From: Dipteris shenzhenensis
Lineage: Eukaryota
Length of the DNA stretch: 64,000 nucleotides
Assembly: GCA_047967505.1 (NCBI GenBank)
Contig: CM106538.1
Strand: one strand, 5' to 3'
The position numbers were made by a program, and so were the translations under genes. Under the pieces are notes generated by a model, which saw nothing but the letters and a program-made list of their open reading frames with translations, did no database searches and had not been told where the DNA came from. Below are positions 37,531 to 51,819 of this stretch, piece after piece. The first letter of the stretch is position 1. Each line of letters opens with the position of its first letter.

Positions 37531-40230
37531 TGTCACCACAATGTAAATATCCTAAGTCAAAGTACAGTTGACCATTTATTTGATCATAATTAAAGAGTTT
37601 TATATGTGTTAATTATGGTCAAAGAGTTATTTTAATGGTCAAAGGATTGACTACGGTCAAAGATACTTGACTCTAGTCAAGTAAACCTGACTTCGGTCAA
37701 GGAGACTTGGTTTATTACCAAGAGGGTTAACTGCGGTTAACCAGAGAACTACAGAGCTGACTACGGTCAGAAAGTGTTGACTTTGGTCAACAAGACTTGG
37801 CATGCGCCAAGAGGGTTAACCCCGGTTAACCAAGATGTGCCAACTTCGGTTGGAGAGACTTGGCTATAATTAAGGCGCCTCGATCCTTGGTCAAAGCTCC
37901 TTAATTATAATCAAGAGTGTTGACTCCGGTCAACCAGAGAATAAATATATATTTTTATATTTGTTAGGTGTGCACATGTGTTCAGTGGGGATGCCCACCG
38001 TAACTAGAATTAGTCCACAGTGTGTTATTTGCATGCAAAGCGCTAACAATTAATGGGTGCCATGGTGGTGCGCTTTAATTAATTGTTGCAGGTACTAGGA
38101 AGAGTTATTTTTCCTAAGCGCTACGGGAGCCTGACAAGCATCTAGGAGGCGGTTCGTGAGACCAAGTGCTTTGAAGACTCCAGAATGGCCCTTAGTGGCA
38201 TGTAATAGGACTTAGTCTAGATTTTAGACAAGTGGCATGTTGCCAATTTGAAATGAGCTTGAAGCTCTTGTAAGGATTCACGTTTTTGGATTCTGGATGG
38301 GCAGCTCTACACTGAACTGTGTATTCGAATTCTCTCTCATGAATAAAAACCTTCGGGGGGGTCCATCCCGACGTTTTGTCCTGGGCCCTAGTGCATCTAC
38401 AGAGAGAGGGAGTGAGCTGAAAGTATAATTGCTGTTTTTTTATGAGCTGTAATTGCTGTCTTTTATGAGCGAGTCGGTTATATTGGTATCAGAGCGCAGC
38501 TTCGTGGTTTTCTAAAGCTACGACGGTCTCAAAATATGCCTGCAGCCAAAGGAAGGATCACAGCTGCACATGCCTTGTGGTGTGTTTGCTTGGAAATTGC
38601 TGAAAAGGAGAGGGCGGCCTGAATTTTAAAATTCTCTAGTTATGCAATACTCAGAAGAAGATGACGGCTTGTTGCAGCTGGGATAAGCATGAAATTCAGA
38701 ATCGCGGCAGAGAAATCAGAAATCGCCCATAGATAATACGTCGCTCTTCTCATACGTTTGAGATTTTGGGGCATTGGTATGCTTGAAGGAATCACCGCCT
38801 GAGATACGTCAATTGTATGAGGTGAAAATTTGGGGCAAGAGATTTTAGAAGCGGCGCAATCCAATCGCACAACAAGATTTGCTTGGAGGAATTCATTCCT
38901 GATGCTGAGCCGGCTAAGCTAAAACCACTTGAGGGAAGAGAATGAAAAGCGGCGCAATCCAATCGCACGACAAGATGTGCTTGAATGTATATGCCCTGAG
39001 CTAAGCCGGCTAGATAAACAGTAAATTTGGGAAAAGTTGAGGCGGATTGCTGTTTTGTGTGCTACGGCCTGTTTAGGCAGGGTTTGTGAATGTCAAAGGT
39101 TTGGTACGTAGCTGTTTTAATTCAGAACAGCATAGAAGAAGCGTGAAGCTTGACTACCAAGGATTAAGCGCAGTTAGCTTATCACTCGGGGAGCAAGGAA
39201 TTAGGCGTATCCTTCATATGGATAGCCTTAAGCAAGAGTAGGCAAAATATGACAGAGATGCGGAAGGAGATGCGTCGAAATGTTTGGTGAACAAGGGGCG
39301 TAACACGCGATGCGTGATGATCTACAAAATTCCGTCGCCTGCACACCCGTCTCTAACCTTAGGCTGATGTGGCAGCCCACCTGACGTGGCAGATCTAACA
39401 CGTGGTGCTGATGTGGCAGGCAAGGCAGCTAGAGCTGACGTGGCACATATGACACGTGGCAGTGCACAGAACAGTGCTGACGTGTCATTCTGACATGTGT
39501 CAGCTGATGTGGCAGACCCACATGCAGGGATGACGTGGCATGCACGTGTGAGATGACCTGGCATTCTAACAGGTGACTTGGATGCTGACATGGCTGACCA
39601 GGGGTTAATCTAACTCAACCTTGGTAGTGGACTGGTTAGAGGTCCAGTTAGTTGACCCAACCAGTCTAGTCTGGTCACTATAACCAGACTGACCAGTCTA
39701 GTTAGTCCAGTTGCAGACTAACCACACCAGAACCAGTCAGTCTGGTTAGAGTAACTAGCCAGTTACTCCATCTGGTTACTGTTCTTTACACCCCAAAAAA
39801 AAAAAAAAAGAACAGTTGCAGAGACTGTTTCTGCTAGCAGATTTCACCTGCCTGTCAGACTTTTACTGTCAGAAAAACAGCAGAAAAGCAGAGAAAACAG
39901 AGAAAACAGAGAAAGCAGATTTCTACTGTCAGAAAAGCAGCAGAAAAGCAGAGAGATCAGAGATTTGCAGAAAAAGAAAATGCATGCCTTTGTACACTGG
40001 GAAGATGAATCAGATGCTTCTGAGTGCTTTTTGCAGTAGCCAGAAAAAGGGCAATACAATTGTTGATGCTCTAGCAATTTTGTGGCTTTATGCTTTGAAT
40101 TGATAGCCCAGTTACTGGCACAAGTTGTGAATGCAAAACACCTCTTGTTGAGGTATCTTTCTGTTGGAAAAGCAAAGGTAGTTGTGCATCAGTTACCTAC
40201 ACGGTGTGTGAAATTTGCAGATCTCAGAAT

Positions 40231-43200
40231 ATGGATCAATCACCTATCCAGTGGGATTCACAAGATAGAGATGTACATCCAAGACAGAGAAGTGTGCCGC
40301 AAACTCAACAAGAATTTGAACAGATGGTACGCACTCGTATACAAGAGATGGAAAATCTCAAAAAGGATCCAAGGGCTCAGCATTTGTTTCAATCAGAAGC
40401 TATGCCTAATCCAGTATATGATGTGCCAATGCCAGAGGCACACTCTCGTGTACAGCCTGAGAAAGAAAGATCTCATAGGGGACGGTCTCGTAGCAGGAAG
40501 AGATCGAGGCATCATCACCGATCTCCTAGTCCATCACCGTCTACCTCGAGTTCGACTTCTGTATCTTCTTCTTCCTTATCAGATAAACCATCCAAGAAAA
40601 GAAGGAAACACAAGAAGTCTAGGAAGAGAAAGTCTTCCAAAGAGACCAAGGAATTTAAAGAGGGAGGAAAATCTGTCAAGTTTATGACCTACAATGGACA
40701 GTATGGTCATACAGACAAAGCATTGCAGTTCATCACGCAGTTTGATGCTGCATTCGGTACAGAAAAATTTTCAGAATCCTCCAAGTTAAGAATGGTCAGT
40801 TTGCACTTGACAGCAACAGCTAGTGCATGGTGGAGTGCACAGATCACAGATGGGTCAGCCCCAAGGAAGTGGAAGGACTTCAACAAAGCCTTCTACCAGC
40901 AGTTTATGCCTAAACAGTTTAGAGACCATGTTCTTCAAGATTGGGACAGCTTGCATATGGATGCAGGAGATACAATGGATGTGTACAACCAAAAGTTTTG
41001 GGATGCTTATTTGCAGGTTGCACCTTTCAAAAAGATCTCCAAAGGCACCCAAATGAGAAAGTACAGAGCAGGTCTCACTCCAAGAATTCAGGCAGTAGTG
41101 AATGCTTTGGGGGCAAAGAACATTCGAGACCTTATGCATTCAGCTTCAGTAGCGAGTCTTGTGCCGTTACAAGATCCATCTACAGTGCTATCCTTGCATG
41201 CAGGACGTACTGATAAAAAGAAAACTGATTTTTCAAAATCAGAAAAGAAAGAGTACCCCAAGGCTGAAAAGAAAGGGTTTCAGCCTCAAAAGCCGAGGGG
41301 TACTCAGTTTTCAAAGACTTATAAAGGCAAATCTCTATTCACCCGTGAACAGATAGCGGAATTCCGTAGAGATGGGAAATGCTTCAGGTGCGGCAAAGAG
41401 GGGCATGTGGCTGCCCAATGCCCAGAAAAGCCTTCAACTTCGAAGGGAAAAGAGGCAGAGAAGCCACGAGGACCGCAAAAGCCAATGGCGGGGGGAATTC
41501 CTGACATACTGGGTCATGCTTCGAACCCAGAAGAACGAGAATTGCTGCTATCATGGGGCAAAGTTAGAGACCAGCAAGCGCTAATTTTATTTGATCCAGG
41601 GGCTACTGATAATTTCATATCAGAGGATCTAGCCCTGAGGCTGGGAATAAAGACGGAGGAGTTGGGCAGGTCTTTGGATGCCGATCAGATGTTCTGTGGA
41701 AATCTTGTGCCAGTTACTCCCTTGATAGGGAAGCTCCGTCTTCATGTTCAGAGTTATGTGGATCAGGAAGACTTCTTCATTTCTCCACTGAAACATCATG
41801 ATGTAGTCTTGGGAATGCCTTGGTTCCATCGCAAGGCAGTGAAGTTGACTCTTCCTGAAAGAGTACTAGAGTTTGTGCATAGGGGGAAAAATCAGCGTTT
41901 AATTGCCAGGAATAAAGGGGAGACTATCCCCATTATATCTGATGTTACATGTGGTAAAGCAATAAAGTCTGCAATTTCTGCGTACATGGTTTTTGTAAAA
42001 GAAAAAGAGAATGATATGCATGCTGAAATAAATGATGCAGACAAAGATAAGTTTCAATTTCTTGTAAACTTTAAAGATTGCTTTTCTGATACTTTGCCAG
42101 GGGAGTTACCCCCAGAGAGACCAGAAGATCATCAGATAGAGTTAATGCCTGGTAATGAGCCACCAAACAGACCACCTTATAGAGTCAGTGCGACTCAGAG
42201 AGAGGAGATTATGGCTCAGGTACAGGATTTTCTGTCCAAAGGGTTGATTTAGCCCAGCTCGTCTCCTTTTTGTTCCCCTGTACTGTTAGTACAGAAGAAA
42301 GATGGTTCATTCCGTATGTGCGTCGAATATCGCGCACTGAACAAAATGACCATCAAGAATAGATTCCCTATTCCGCGCATTGATGATGTCCTGGATCAGT
42401 TAAATGGAGCTTCAGTTTTCAGCAGGATAGACTTAAAGAGTGGCTATCACCAAGTGAGGATACAGCCTCAGGATGTGCACAAGACAGCATTCTGCGCTAC
42501 ATTCGGGTTGTATGAATACTTAGTAATGCCTTTTGGGTTGACAAATGCTCCAGCCACATTCAATAGAATGATGGATCGCATCTTCCGAAAGTACAGGCAT
42601 TTTACGGGTACTTTCTTTGATGATATCTTAGTCTTTTCTAAGATAGAAGAAGAGCACAGAGAACATCTTGCTATAGTGTTTCAAGAGCTGAGAAATCATC
42701 AGCTCTACGCAAACAGCAAGAAAAGTGAATTCTTCTTGGAAGAAATCCACTATCTGGGGCATATAATATCCAAGAATGGGATACAAATGGATCCAGCGAA
42801 GATCCGTGCCATTCAGGAATGGCCAAAGCTGAAAACTGTGCATGAAGTTCGAAGTTTCCTAGGCCTGTGTTCTTACTACAGAAGGTTTATCAGAGATTTT
42901 GCTGATATCGCAGCTCCATTACATGACCTTACTAAGAAAAATGCAGCCTTCACATGGGGAATATCACAGAAGAAAGCATTCAATACACTCAAAGAGAAGC
43001 TGACTATAGAGCCTATTCTTGTAGTCCCGGATCTTTATCAATCTTTTGATGTTGATTGCGATGCTTGTGGAGAATGTGTTGGGGCTGCATTGCATCAGAA
43101 TGGTCATGTAGTAGCCTATGAAAGCAGGAGACTTCGGGATGCCGAAAGATATCTAGGAATCTATGAGAAAGAGTTATTGGCTGTAATTCATGCCATCCAT

Positions 43201-44794
43201 ACATGGAAGCACTATCTTTTGGGTGCAGATTTTACTGTTAAGACAGATCACCAAAGTCTGAGATACTTCTTGACTCAGACCAAGCTTTCCGAGAAGCATA
43301 TGAAATGGGCAAACATGCTGTCAATGTATCATTTTCAGATTGTCCATACCCCAGGAATTCGGAACAGAAAGGCAGATGCCTTATCCCGGAGACCCCAGGT
43401 CAATAACGTGACTATTGCTTATCACCAGGATCTGGAAGACATGAGGGAGCAATATGCTCGTGATTCAGATTTTGGTGAAATTTCAGAGGGGCAATCCACC
43501 AGTCACTATACCTTGAAAGATGGGTATTTAATGAAAGATGATTACCTATGCATCACCCAGGAAATGAGGAACAAGATTTTGGAGGAATGCCATGCACCTC
43601 CCTATGCTGGACACAGAGGAATTACCCAACAACTCTAGCACTAGAGAGGTATTTCTTTTGGCCAGGGATGCGGAAAGATATACATCAGTTTGTTACTAAA
43701 TGCCTTACGTGTCAGAAAGTGAAGTATGATAGACGGAAGGCACCTGGCCTACTTATGCCTCTTCCCGTGCCTCAGGCACCATGGGAAAGTATTACAATGG
43801 ACTTTATTTTTGATTTGCTGAGATCAAAGTCAGGGAATGATGGGATTTGGACTATCATTGATAGATTCAGCAAGCAAGCTCATTTCATTCCGGTTCGCAA
43901 AACCATAAAGGCAGATCATATGGCTAAACTTTTCATGGTACAGATTTTTAAACATCATGGTATGCCTAAGTCCATTGTTAGTGATCGAGATCCCAGAATG
44001 ATTGTCAAAGTGAAGTAGCAAATTCTACAGTTTTGGATATGCTGAAATGCTACGTGGGTGACCAAAGTTCAAACTGGGAAAAGTACCTACCATTAGTAGA
44101 GTTTGCTTACAATAATACAGTACATAGCTCTACAAGGAAAGCCCCTTTTGAGGTCATATATGGGAAGGTGATTTTGCCACCTATATTGAGGACCAAAGAT
44201 GAAATATTTGCAGCTGATCAGTTTGTGAGAGACCTCCACACAGCTTATAGCCAAGTCCGGACAGCAATCGAAAGGTCTCAAGAGAAACATAAAAGAGCTG
44301 CAGATAAGCATAGGAGACAGTTAGATCTCAAGGAAGGGGATTGGGTACTTTTGAAGTTTGAAAAAGCTAGGCTCCGCAAGTTTAAAGGCAAACAGAAAGT
44401 GTATGCAAAGTTATCTCCCAGATACTATGGCCCTTTCAGGGTTACAGAAAGAATAAATGAGGTTGCATACAGATTAGCATTGCCAGAGCATTGGAGGATT
44501 CACAATGCATTCCATGTGAGTCTTCTAAAGAAATTCCAGGGACCAAAGCCTACAGAACCAGTATCAGAGGATCCACCAAAAGTGGATGAGCTGGAGGAAG
44601 TCCTTCAACCAGAGCAAATTGTGTACCATACTGTACATAAAGGCCCTCAGGGTAAGGAGTTTTATAGGTATCTTGTAAAATTCAAGAATTATACGGCATT
44701 AGATGCCAAGTGGATGGACGAAGACATGTTATCCGACCATCCACAGCTTTTGGATGTTTACAAGGAAGCTTTTCAGTTGAGGTCAACTGAATAG
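40231..44794 (+). pseudogene. Gypsy gag-PR-RT-RH-INT-chromodomain polyprotein, disrupted
   Basis: CFRCGKEGHVAAQC, LFDPGAT, FFDDIL, ELLAV..TDH, HxxxxxxH..CLTC, YYGPF and the chromodomain YLVKFKNY..DAKW. Nonsense codon at 42250, frameshift at ~43630, break at ~44010. Confidence 0.92.
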
Positions 44795-45580
44795 AAGCCG
44801 AGGGGATGTCACCACAATGTAAATATCCTAAGTCAAAGTACAGTTGACCATTTATTTGATCATAATTAAAGAGTTTTATATGTGTTAATTATGGTCAAAG
44901 AGTTATTTTAATAGTCAAATGATTGACTACGGTCAAAGATACTTGACTCTAGTCAAGTAAACCTGACTTCGGTCAAGGAGACTTGGTTTATTACCAAGAG
45001 GGTTAACTGCGGTTAACCAGAGAACTACAGAGCTGACTACGGTCAGAAAGTGTTGACTTTGGTCAACAAGACTTGGCATGCACCAAGAGGGTTACCCCGG
45101 TTAACCAAGATGTGCCAACTTCGGTTGGAGAGACTTGGCTATAATTAAGGCGCCTCGATCCTTGGTCAAAGCTCCTTAATTATAATCAAGAGTGTTGACT
45201 CCGGTCAACCAGAGAATAAATATATATTTTTATATTTGTTAGGTGTGCACATGTGTTCAGTGGGGATGCCCACCGTGACTAGAATTAGTCCATAGTGTGT
45301 TATTTGCAAGCAAAGCGCTAACAATTAATGGGTGCCATGGTGGTGCGCTTTAATTAATTGTTGTAGGTACTAGGAAGAGTTATTTTTCCTAAGCGCTACG
45401 GGAGCCTGACAAGCATCTAGGAGGCAGTTCGTGAGACCAAGTGCTTTGAAGACTCCAGAATGCCCTTAGTGGCATGTAATAGGACTTAGTCTAGATTTTA
45501 GACAAGTGGCATGTTGCCAATTTGAAATGAGCTTGAAGCTCTTGTAAGGATTCACGTTTTTGGATTTTGGATGGGCAGCT

Positions 45581-48500
45581 TGTTAGAAAACAGAAGGAAA
45601 GAATCACTCCAACCTTCAGCCAAGATCTCTCCCGCTCTAGCAACACTCAACTTAGATAACTGATCACAGATACAATACTCACTCAGAGAAAACTTAGACA
45701 GAGAGAGAATATATTCATCCACCAGATGGTGGGCAGAAAACTGGCTCCAGGGGAGCAATACAAAACTCAGCCAAGTGCTGAGGCAAACTGAAGGAACTCT
45801 CTCTGTCAGAAGATACCGGATCTGAGTGCACAGCACAGCCTAAAACTGAGAATGGAGGGAAGTGTGGGCCTTTTATAGGCACTGCCCAGGCCTTCTGGTT
45901 TGGCCGACCAGCAGGGTCGGTCCCCTGACTGGTGACCGACCAGAACAGTCTGGAAAACCGACCAGGGTCGGCCCTGGTCGGTGGCCCTGGTTGGGCCGAC
46001 TGGCCCTGCCACAGGCCCCTATAAAAGGGTGCCCTGTGCAGCCAGTCCATGCTTCTAGGAAGGCAAAGGGCCCCCCCCAAATCTCTGCTGTTTGCTGACA
46101 GCAGCCAGCCCGTGTGCTGGTTGCCAACTCTGTTTGCCTGGGTCTCTCTTTCCCATCCCTCCTTACTCTCACTGCCCCTTGTCCCCACAAAACGGGGGCT
46201 CACAGGTGGGTACAGTGAGTCTCTAACACCCCCCCTCAATGTCACAACTGTGGGCCAATCTTCATGCGTTTGATGAGGTGCTCCATCTGTTCTCGAGGGA
46301 GTGCCTTCGTGAAGAGGTCGGACAAGTTGTCGGCCGTCGGGCAGTAGATAAGCTCGATCACGTTGTCGATGATGAGCTCTCGAACAAAATGGTAATGAAC
46401 TTCGATGTGTTTGGTCCGCGCATGGTACACTGGATTCTTGGCAATAACTATGCAACTCTGATTGTCGCACATCAGCACTGTCGCATTCTCCTGACACACG
46501 TCCATGTCCTCCAGAATCCACCTCAACCACAGTGTCTCACAAGCTGCTGTACACGCGGCTCTGTACTCTGCCTCTGTAGATGAAAGGGACACTGTGGGTT
46601 GCTTCTTACTTAGCCAAGAGATGGCACCAGATGCAAGTAAGAAACAATATCCTGTCGTCGACCTTCTGGTGTCCACATCACTTGCCCAATCACTGTCACA
46701 GAACCCGCCTAGTTCGATGCCTTTGGTGTAGCTGATCCCAAAGGTGCAAGTACCCTTCAGATACCTCAGCACTCGTAAACCTGCATCCCAATGATTCTTC
46801 CTGGGAGAAGCAGAGAACTGGCATAATAGCCCAACTGCATAACAAATATCAGGGCGAGTATTAGTAAGGTAAAGCAAACTTCCTACCAATCGTCGATACA
46901 AAAGAGTATCAACCGGCTGAGATGTGTCGTGAACACTTAGCTTAAGCCCGACCTCCATGGGAGTTAATGCTGTTCTGCAATCCTCCATCTGAAATCTCTT
47001 CAGAATTTCTCTGCAATATTTCTCCTGTGAAATGAAGATCCTTTCTTTGGCCTGCTTTACTTCAATCCCAAGGAAGTAATGTAATAACCCAAGGTCAGTC
47101 ATCTCAAACTCAGACATGAGTAGCTCCTTGACCTGAGAAATCTTCTTGACATGATCACCTGTCAAGATAAGATCATCAACATAGAGGATGAGTACCAATC
47201 GCAATCCCTTCTCAATGAACAAGTAAAGGTTTGCCTCAGAAGGACTCCGACTGAGCCCTATCTTCTGAAAGAATATATCAATCCTTTGGTACCAAGCTCT
47301 GGGGGCCCGTTTCAGCCCGTATAACGCCTTCTTTAACCTACAGACCTTTAATGGGGACACTGGATCTTGAAAGCCCGGTGGCTGCTCCACGTATACCTCC
47401 TCCTCCAGGGTTCCATTAAGGAATGCGGACTTCACATCCATTTGAAAAATAGGCCACTGGAATTGGGCAGCAAGGGCAATCACTGTCTGGATAGTAACCA
47501 TGCGGGCTGTGGGAGCAAAAGTTTCATCAAAATCCATGCCTTCTGTTTGAGCAAAACCTTTCACTACCAACCTTGCTTTATACTTATCCAAGCTGCCGTC
47601 GGATTTGTATTTAAGTTTGTATACCCACTTAGTGCCGATGACTTTCCGTCGAAGGGGCCTGGCCACTAAGTCCCATGTATGGTTCTTCACGATAGCATCC
47701 ATCTCTGCCTGCATGGCAGCCTGCCATTCGGGATTGTCCTTCGCCTCCTCGAAGGTTCTTGGCTCAACAATCTGAGCCACCAAAGCAAAATTCACGGATG
47801 GGGCCTTTTGAAGATGTTGAGACCGACGCAATCCAGAACTGCTACTCTCAGGCAATGAGGTTACTCGAGACTCTTCCAATGTCCGGAGGTACCATTGGGG
47901 CAACTTTTTCTGCTTCTCTGTGGGAGGAGGAACGGGAACTTCTTCTGGAACATCCTGCTCTTCTTGAGTATCAAGTGGAATATCAGCTTTTGATTGGGTA
48001 ACCTCTTGAATGGTCAACCTGGGACGGGGTGGGATCGGGGGTTGAACAATCTCCTCCTCCTCAAGCTGAGGCTCCTCCTGGGGTTCAGGTTCTTTTTCCG
48101 CGAAGACAACGTCCCGACTGATGAGGATTTGCTTCTTTACTGGGTCGAAGAGGCGGTAGGCCTTGGATTCTTCACTATACCCAACAAAGATACATTGTCT
48201 GCTTCGGGAATCAAGCTTGGTCCTGTCTTCCTTGTGCACATGCACCCACGCGTTAGAACCAAAAATGCGGAGATGAGTAATAGAGGGCTTCTTACCATAA
48301 AATGCCTCATATGGAGTCTTGTCCTTGATGGCCTTCGTCTTGGTCCGGTTGAGAATGTGTACGGCTGTATTGATAGCTTCACTCCAATAGGCTTTAGAAA
48401 GATTCCTCCCTCGGAGCATAGCAAGCCCTGTCTCGGTGGTGGTTCTATGCTTTCTCTCGGCTACCCCGTTTTGCTGAGAAGTATGCGCCGTGGTGAGTTG

Positions 48501-51154
48501 TCGCTTGATCCCATGCTTGCGACAAAATGTATTAAACTCACTTGAGGTGAATTCTCCCCCCCTGTCTGTGCGAAATGTCTTGACATCCTCCCCTGTCTCC
48601 TTTTCAACTCTAGCCTTCCAGTCTTTGAATTTCTCAAAAGCCTGAGACTTTTTAGCCAAACAATATACCCAAGTCATTCTACTGAAATCATCCACAAAGA
48701 GAAGTGAATACCTGGATCCTGCCCATGATGCAGTAGACATTGGACCACAAATGTCGGCGTGAACCAACTCAAGTGGTTTGCTGGCCCGAAACGAAGCCTC
48801 TTGTGGGAACTTATCCCTGTCTGCTTGCCTTCTAGACAAGCCCTACAGACATCATCCTTGCCTGTAATTGATGGAAGTCCATCCACCATCTTCGACTTTG
48901 ACATTTCAGCCAAGATTCCATAGCTGACGTGACCGAAGCGCTCATGCCAAAGTTTGGACTTTCCGTGATCATCATGAACCAACATTGCACTGAGACGGTA
49001 CAGTCCATTCTCTTCAACACCCTGTGCCACCACTTGCCCACTCCCTTTGGACATCACGGTAACCTTGCCATCTTGAAAAAGAACTGCCATGTTGTTTTTG
49101 TCCATCTGACTTACAGATAGTAAATTCTTGCAAAGGTCGGGTACATAAAGTACTCCAGAGATATCCTTCTCCTCACCCGCCGTGGTAATGAAAGGAATGC
49201 TACCTATGCCCTTCACAGGACATGTCCGGCTATCCCCGACAGAAACTTTGGAATCCGGGTGTGTACTTTCCATGGTTTTGAACCACGTCCTTCTGTTGGA
49301 CATGTGCTTAGAAGCACCGCTGTCAACATACCAACCCTCTTTACCTTCACTAACTGCATAAGCTGAACAATGTTCACTGAGTAAGAATAACTGTCCAGTT
49401 GTCACATTGGCAGAATCACTCTTAGGCTCTTCTTTGTTTTTGGCTTCTCTTTTCCGCTTTTGATCCGCCTTCTTCTTCTGGCATTCTTTGGCGGAGTGGC
49501 CAAGCTTTTCACAGTAAAAGCACTTCGTTTTCTTCTTACGTTCAGCGTCCTCTGATTTCTTGGAATCCTTTGACTTGCCTTTGCCAGGCTTGTCTTTGGC
49601 AACCAATGCCTTTTCGTCGGTTTGCGTAAAGAGTTTCTCTCGAGCCTCCTCCTAAAGTAGGAGTGGACAAAGCTCCTCAAAGGTGATTGGCTTTGTCCGT
49701 TGACCCGCAGTGACCGTAGTCACAAAACTTTTGAAACTCCGTGGCAACTTGTGGAGTGTGAGTAATGCTAATTGACTCGTGTCCACCTTCTGACCAACCG
49801 CTCCAAGCTGGTCCCGCACAACTTTCACCTTTGCCAGATGATCATGCACACTATCTCCCTCATTCATATCAAGATTATAAAGCTGATGCTGCAGTGTGAT
49901 GATACGAGCTGTATTATCGGTTTCATACAGCTCCTTCAGTATGGTCCACGCCTCTGAAGACGTCTCTGCCAACTGGATATGAGGAATCACAGCATCTGCT
50001 GTCGTGCCTATAAGCATTGCTAAGGCTTGAGCATCCCTCTCCTCCCATGCACAGAGTTCATCCGCATCTGCTTCAGCTAGAACTTCACCTCTTTTGTCCA
50101 CAATGTCCTCCGGCTTTTCTTCGGTCCCATTCACTATCTTCCACAACCTCCGTGCCAACAGATGGCTTCGGATCTTGACTTTCCAGATTGGAAAGTTCGT
50201 ACCATCGAGCTTTCCAGCTTCACCGAAATTACGGATAAATGAAGAAGGAAGATGACTGGAGAAGGAGGAAGGACGAGCAATGGATGTAGAGGCTTCTGAT
50301 CGCTGATCCATCTCGGTGAATAGCTAAAAGAACTGAATAACTGAAACAGAAATAAATGAACTGACCTTCTGTACTAGACTGAGCTGAAAACAGAGTTGCC
50401 TTACTGCCAAGGAGCTCCTTCCTTCAGAGAGTGTTTTTAATGAGGAAGAGTCGAGAGCCTATGGCTCTGATACCATGTTAGAAAACAGAAGGAAAGAATC
50501 ACTCCAACCTTCAGCCAAGATCTCTCCCGCTCTAGCAACACTCAACTCAGATAACTGATCACAGATACAATACTCACTCAGACAAAACTTAGACAGAGAG
50601 AGAATATATTCATCCACCGGATGGTGGGCAGAAAACTGGCTCCAGGGGAGCAATACAAAACTCATCCAAGTGCTGAGGCGAACTGAAGGAACTCTCTCTG
50701 TCAGAAGATACCGGATCTGAGTGCACAGCACAGCCTAAAACTGAGGCTTTCTGTCCTGCACTGGATACCAGAATGGAGGAGGGAAGTGTGGGCCTTTTAT
50801 AAGCACTGCCCAGGCCTTCTGGTTTGGCCGACCAGCAGGGTCGGTCCCCTGACTGGTGACCGACCAGAACAGTCTGGAAAACCGACCAGGGTCGGCCCTG
50901 GTTGGTGGCCCTGGTTGGGCCGACTGGCCCTGCCACAGGCCCCTATAAAAGGGTGCCCTGTGCAGCCAGTCCATGCTTCTAGGAAGGCAAAGGGCCCCCC
51001 CCCCAAATCTCTGCTGTTTGCTGACAGCAGCCAGCCCGTGTGCTGGTTGCCAACTCTGTTTGCCTGGGTCTCTCTTTCCCATCCCTCCTTACTCTCACTG
51101 CCCCTTGTCCCCACAAAACGGGGGCTCACAGGTGGGTACAATGAGTCTCTAACA
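45581..51154 (-). mobile_element. Ty1/copia element nested in the gypsy 3' LTR
   Basis: LTRs 45581-46228 and 50476-51154 (TGTTAG..CTAACA). TSD CAGCT on both sides. PBS reverse complement GCTCTGATACCA at 50464-75; PPT at 46229-39. Confidence 0.96.
46242..50311 (-). pseudogene. Copia gag-pol with one nonsense codon (49652) and one frameshift (~48815)
   Basis: KLDGTNFPIW, CFYCEKLGHSAKEC, WYVDSGAS, WHERFGH, RTDRGGEF, LYVDDL, DSDWA, KHIEVHYHF. Confidence 0.93.
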
Positions 51155-51349
51155 CAGCTCTACACTGAACTGTGTATTCAAATTCTCTCTCATGAATAAA
51201 AACCTTCGGGGGGGTCCAGCCCGACGTTTTGTCCTGGGCCCTAGTGCATCTACAGAGAGAGGGAGTGAGGGAGAGCTTATGAAAGTATAATTGCTGTTTT
51301 TTTATGAGCTGTAATTGCTGTCTTTTATGAGCGAGTCGGTTATAATAGC

Positions 51350-51819
51350 ACTAATCAAAGAGTTCAAATCCAAGCCAAAAGACTCTCAGTGTCTTAAACT
51401 AATGTAAGGCTGATTACTCATCCAGACTATTATGTAGGTACTCTAATTACTTTTGCACAACACTCAGCGAGGGCCTTAGTACGCCCTTTGCTCTAGCCCA
51501 CTACGGCTTGTATGAGATCATCCTTTTGGTGTATATACCTAGATGAATCCGGGAACATTCCCAAACTCATCCTCTAAAAACACAACATAGTGCAGTTTCA
51601 ATCTCACGATAGTCACTCATAAGATTGAAAACCATAAACTCCATCACGCATAGCAGGGACTAGCTACTATGACATCCCCACTGACGTCATCAACACCCAA
51701 CAATGGGTGTAGACCATAGTATAAAAATATGCTCTCACACATACAAATCCACACACCCACACATACTTGAGCATCCTTGTCCCATAGGCCCATGAGGTCT
51801 TCCGCGGACGTTAATACAT
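51350..51819 (+). mobile_element. 3' part of the ORF1-only element: ORF1 end, LINE-type 3' UTR and terminus, with a ~240-bp insert
   Basis: ORF resumes ..LIKEFKSKPK. GAGGGCCTTAGTACGCCCTT and CATAGGCCCATGAGGTCTTCCGCGGACGTTAATACA match the LINE 3' UTR. Confidence 0.75.

Larger units (their letters stand above)
37531..51344 (+). mobile_element. Ty3/gypsy chromovirus, full-length but defective
   Basis: 5' LTR 37531-38482; 3' LTR 44807-51344, interrupted by a copia. TSD ATAGC at 37526-30 and 51345-49. PBS TGGTATCAGAGC at 38484-95; PPT AGAAGCCGAGGGGA. Confidence 0.95.

Noticed and set aside
45552-51199. ORFs within the copia LTRs and antisense ORFs over pol genes
   Set aside because: They are shadow ORFs of GC-rich LTR or coding sequence with no recognisable motifs.
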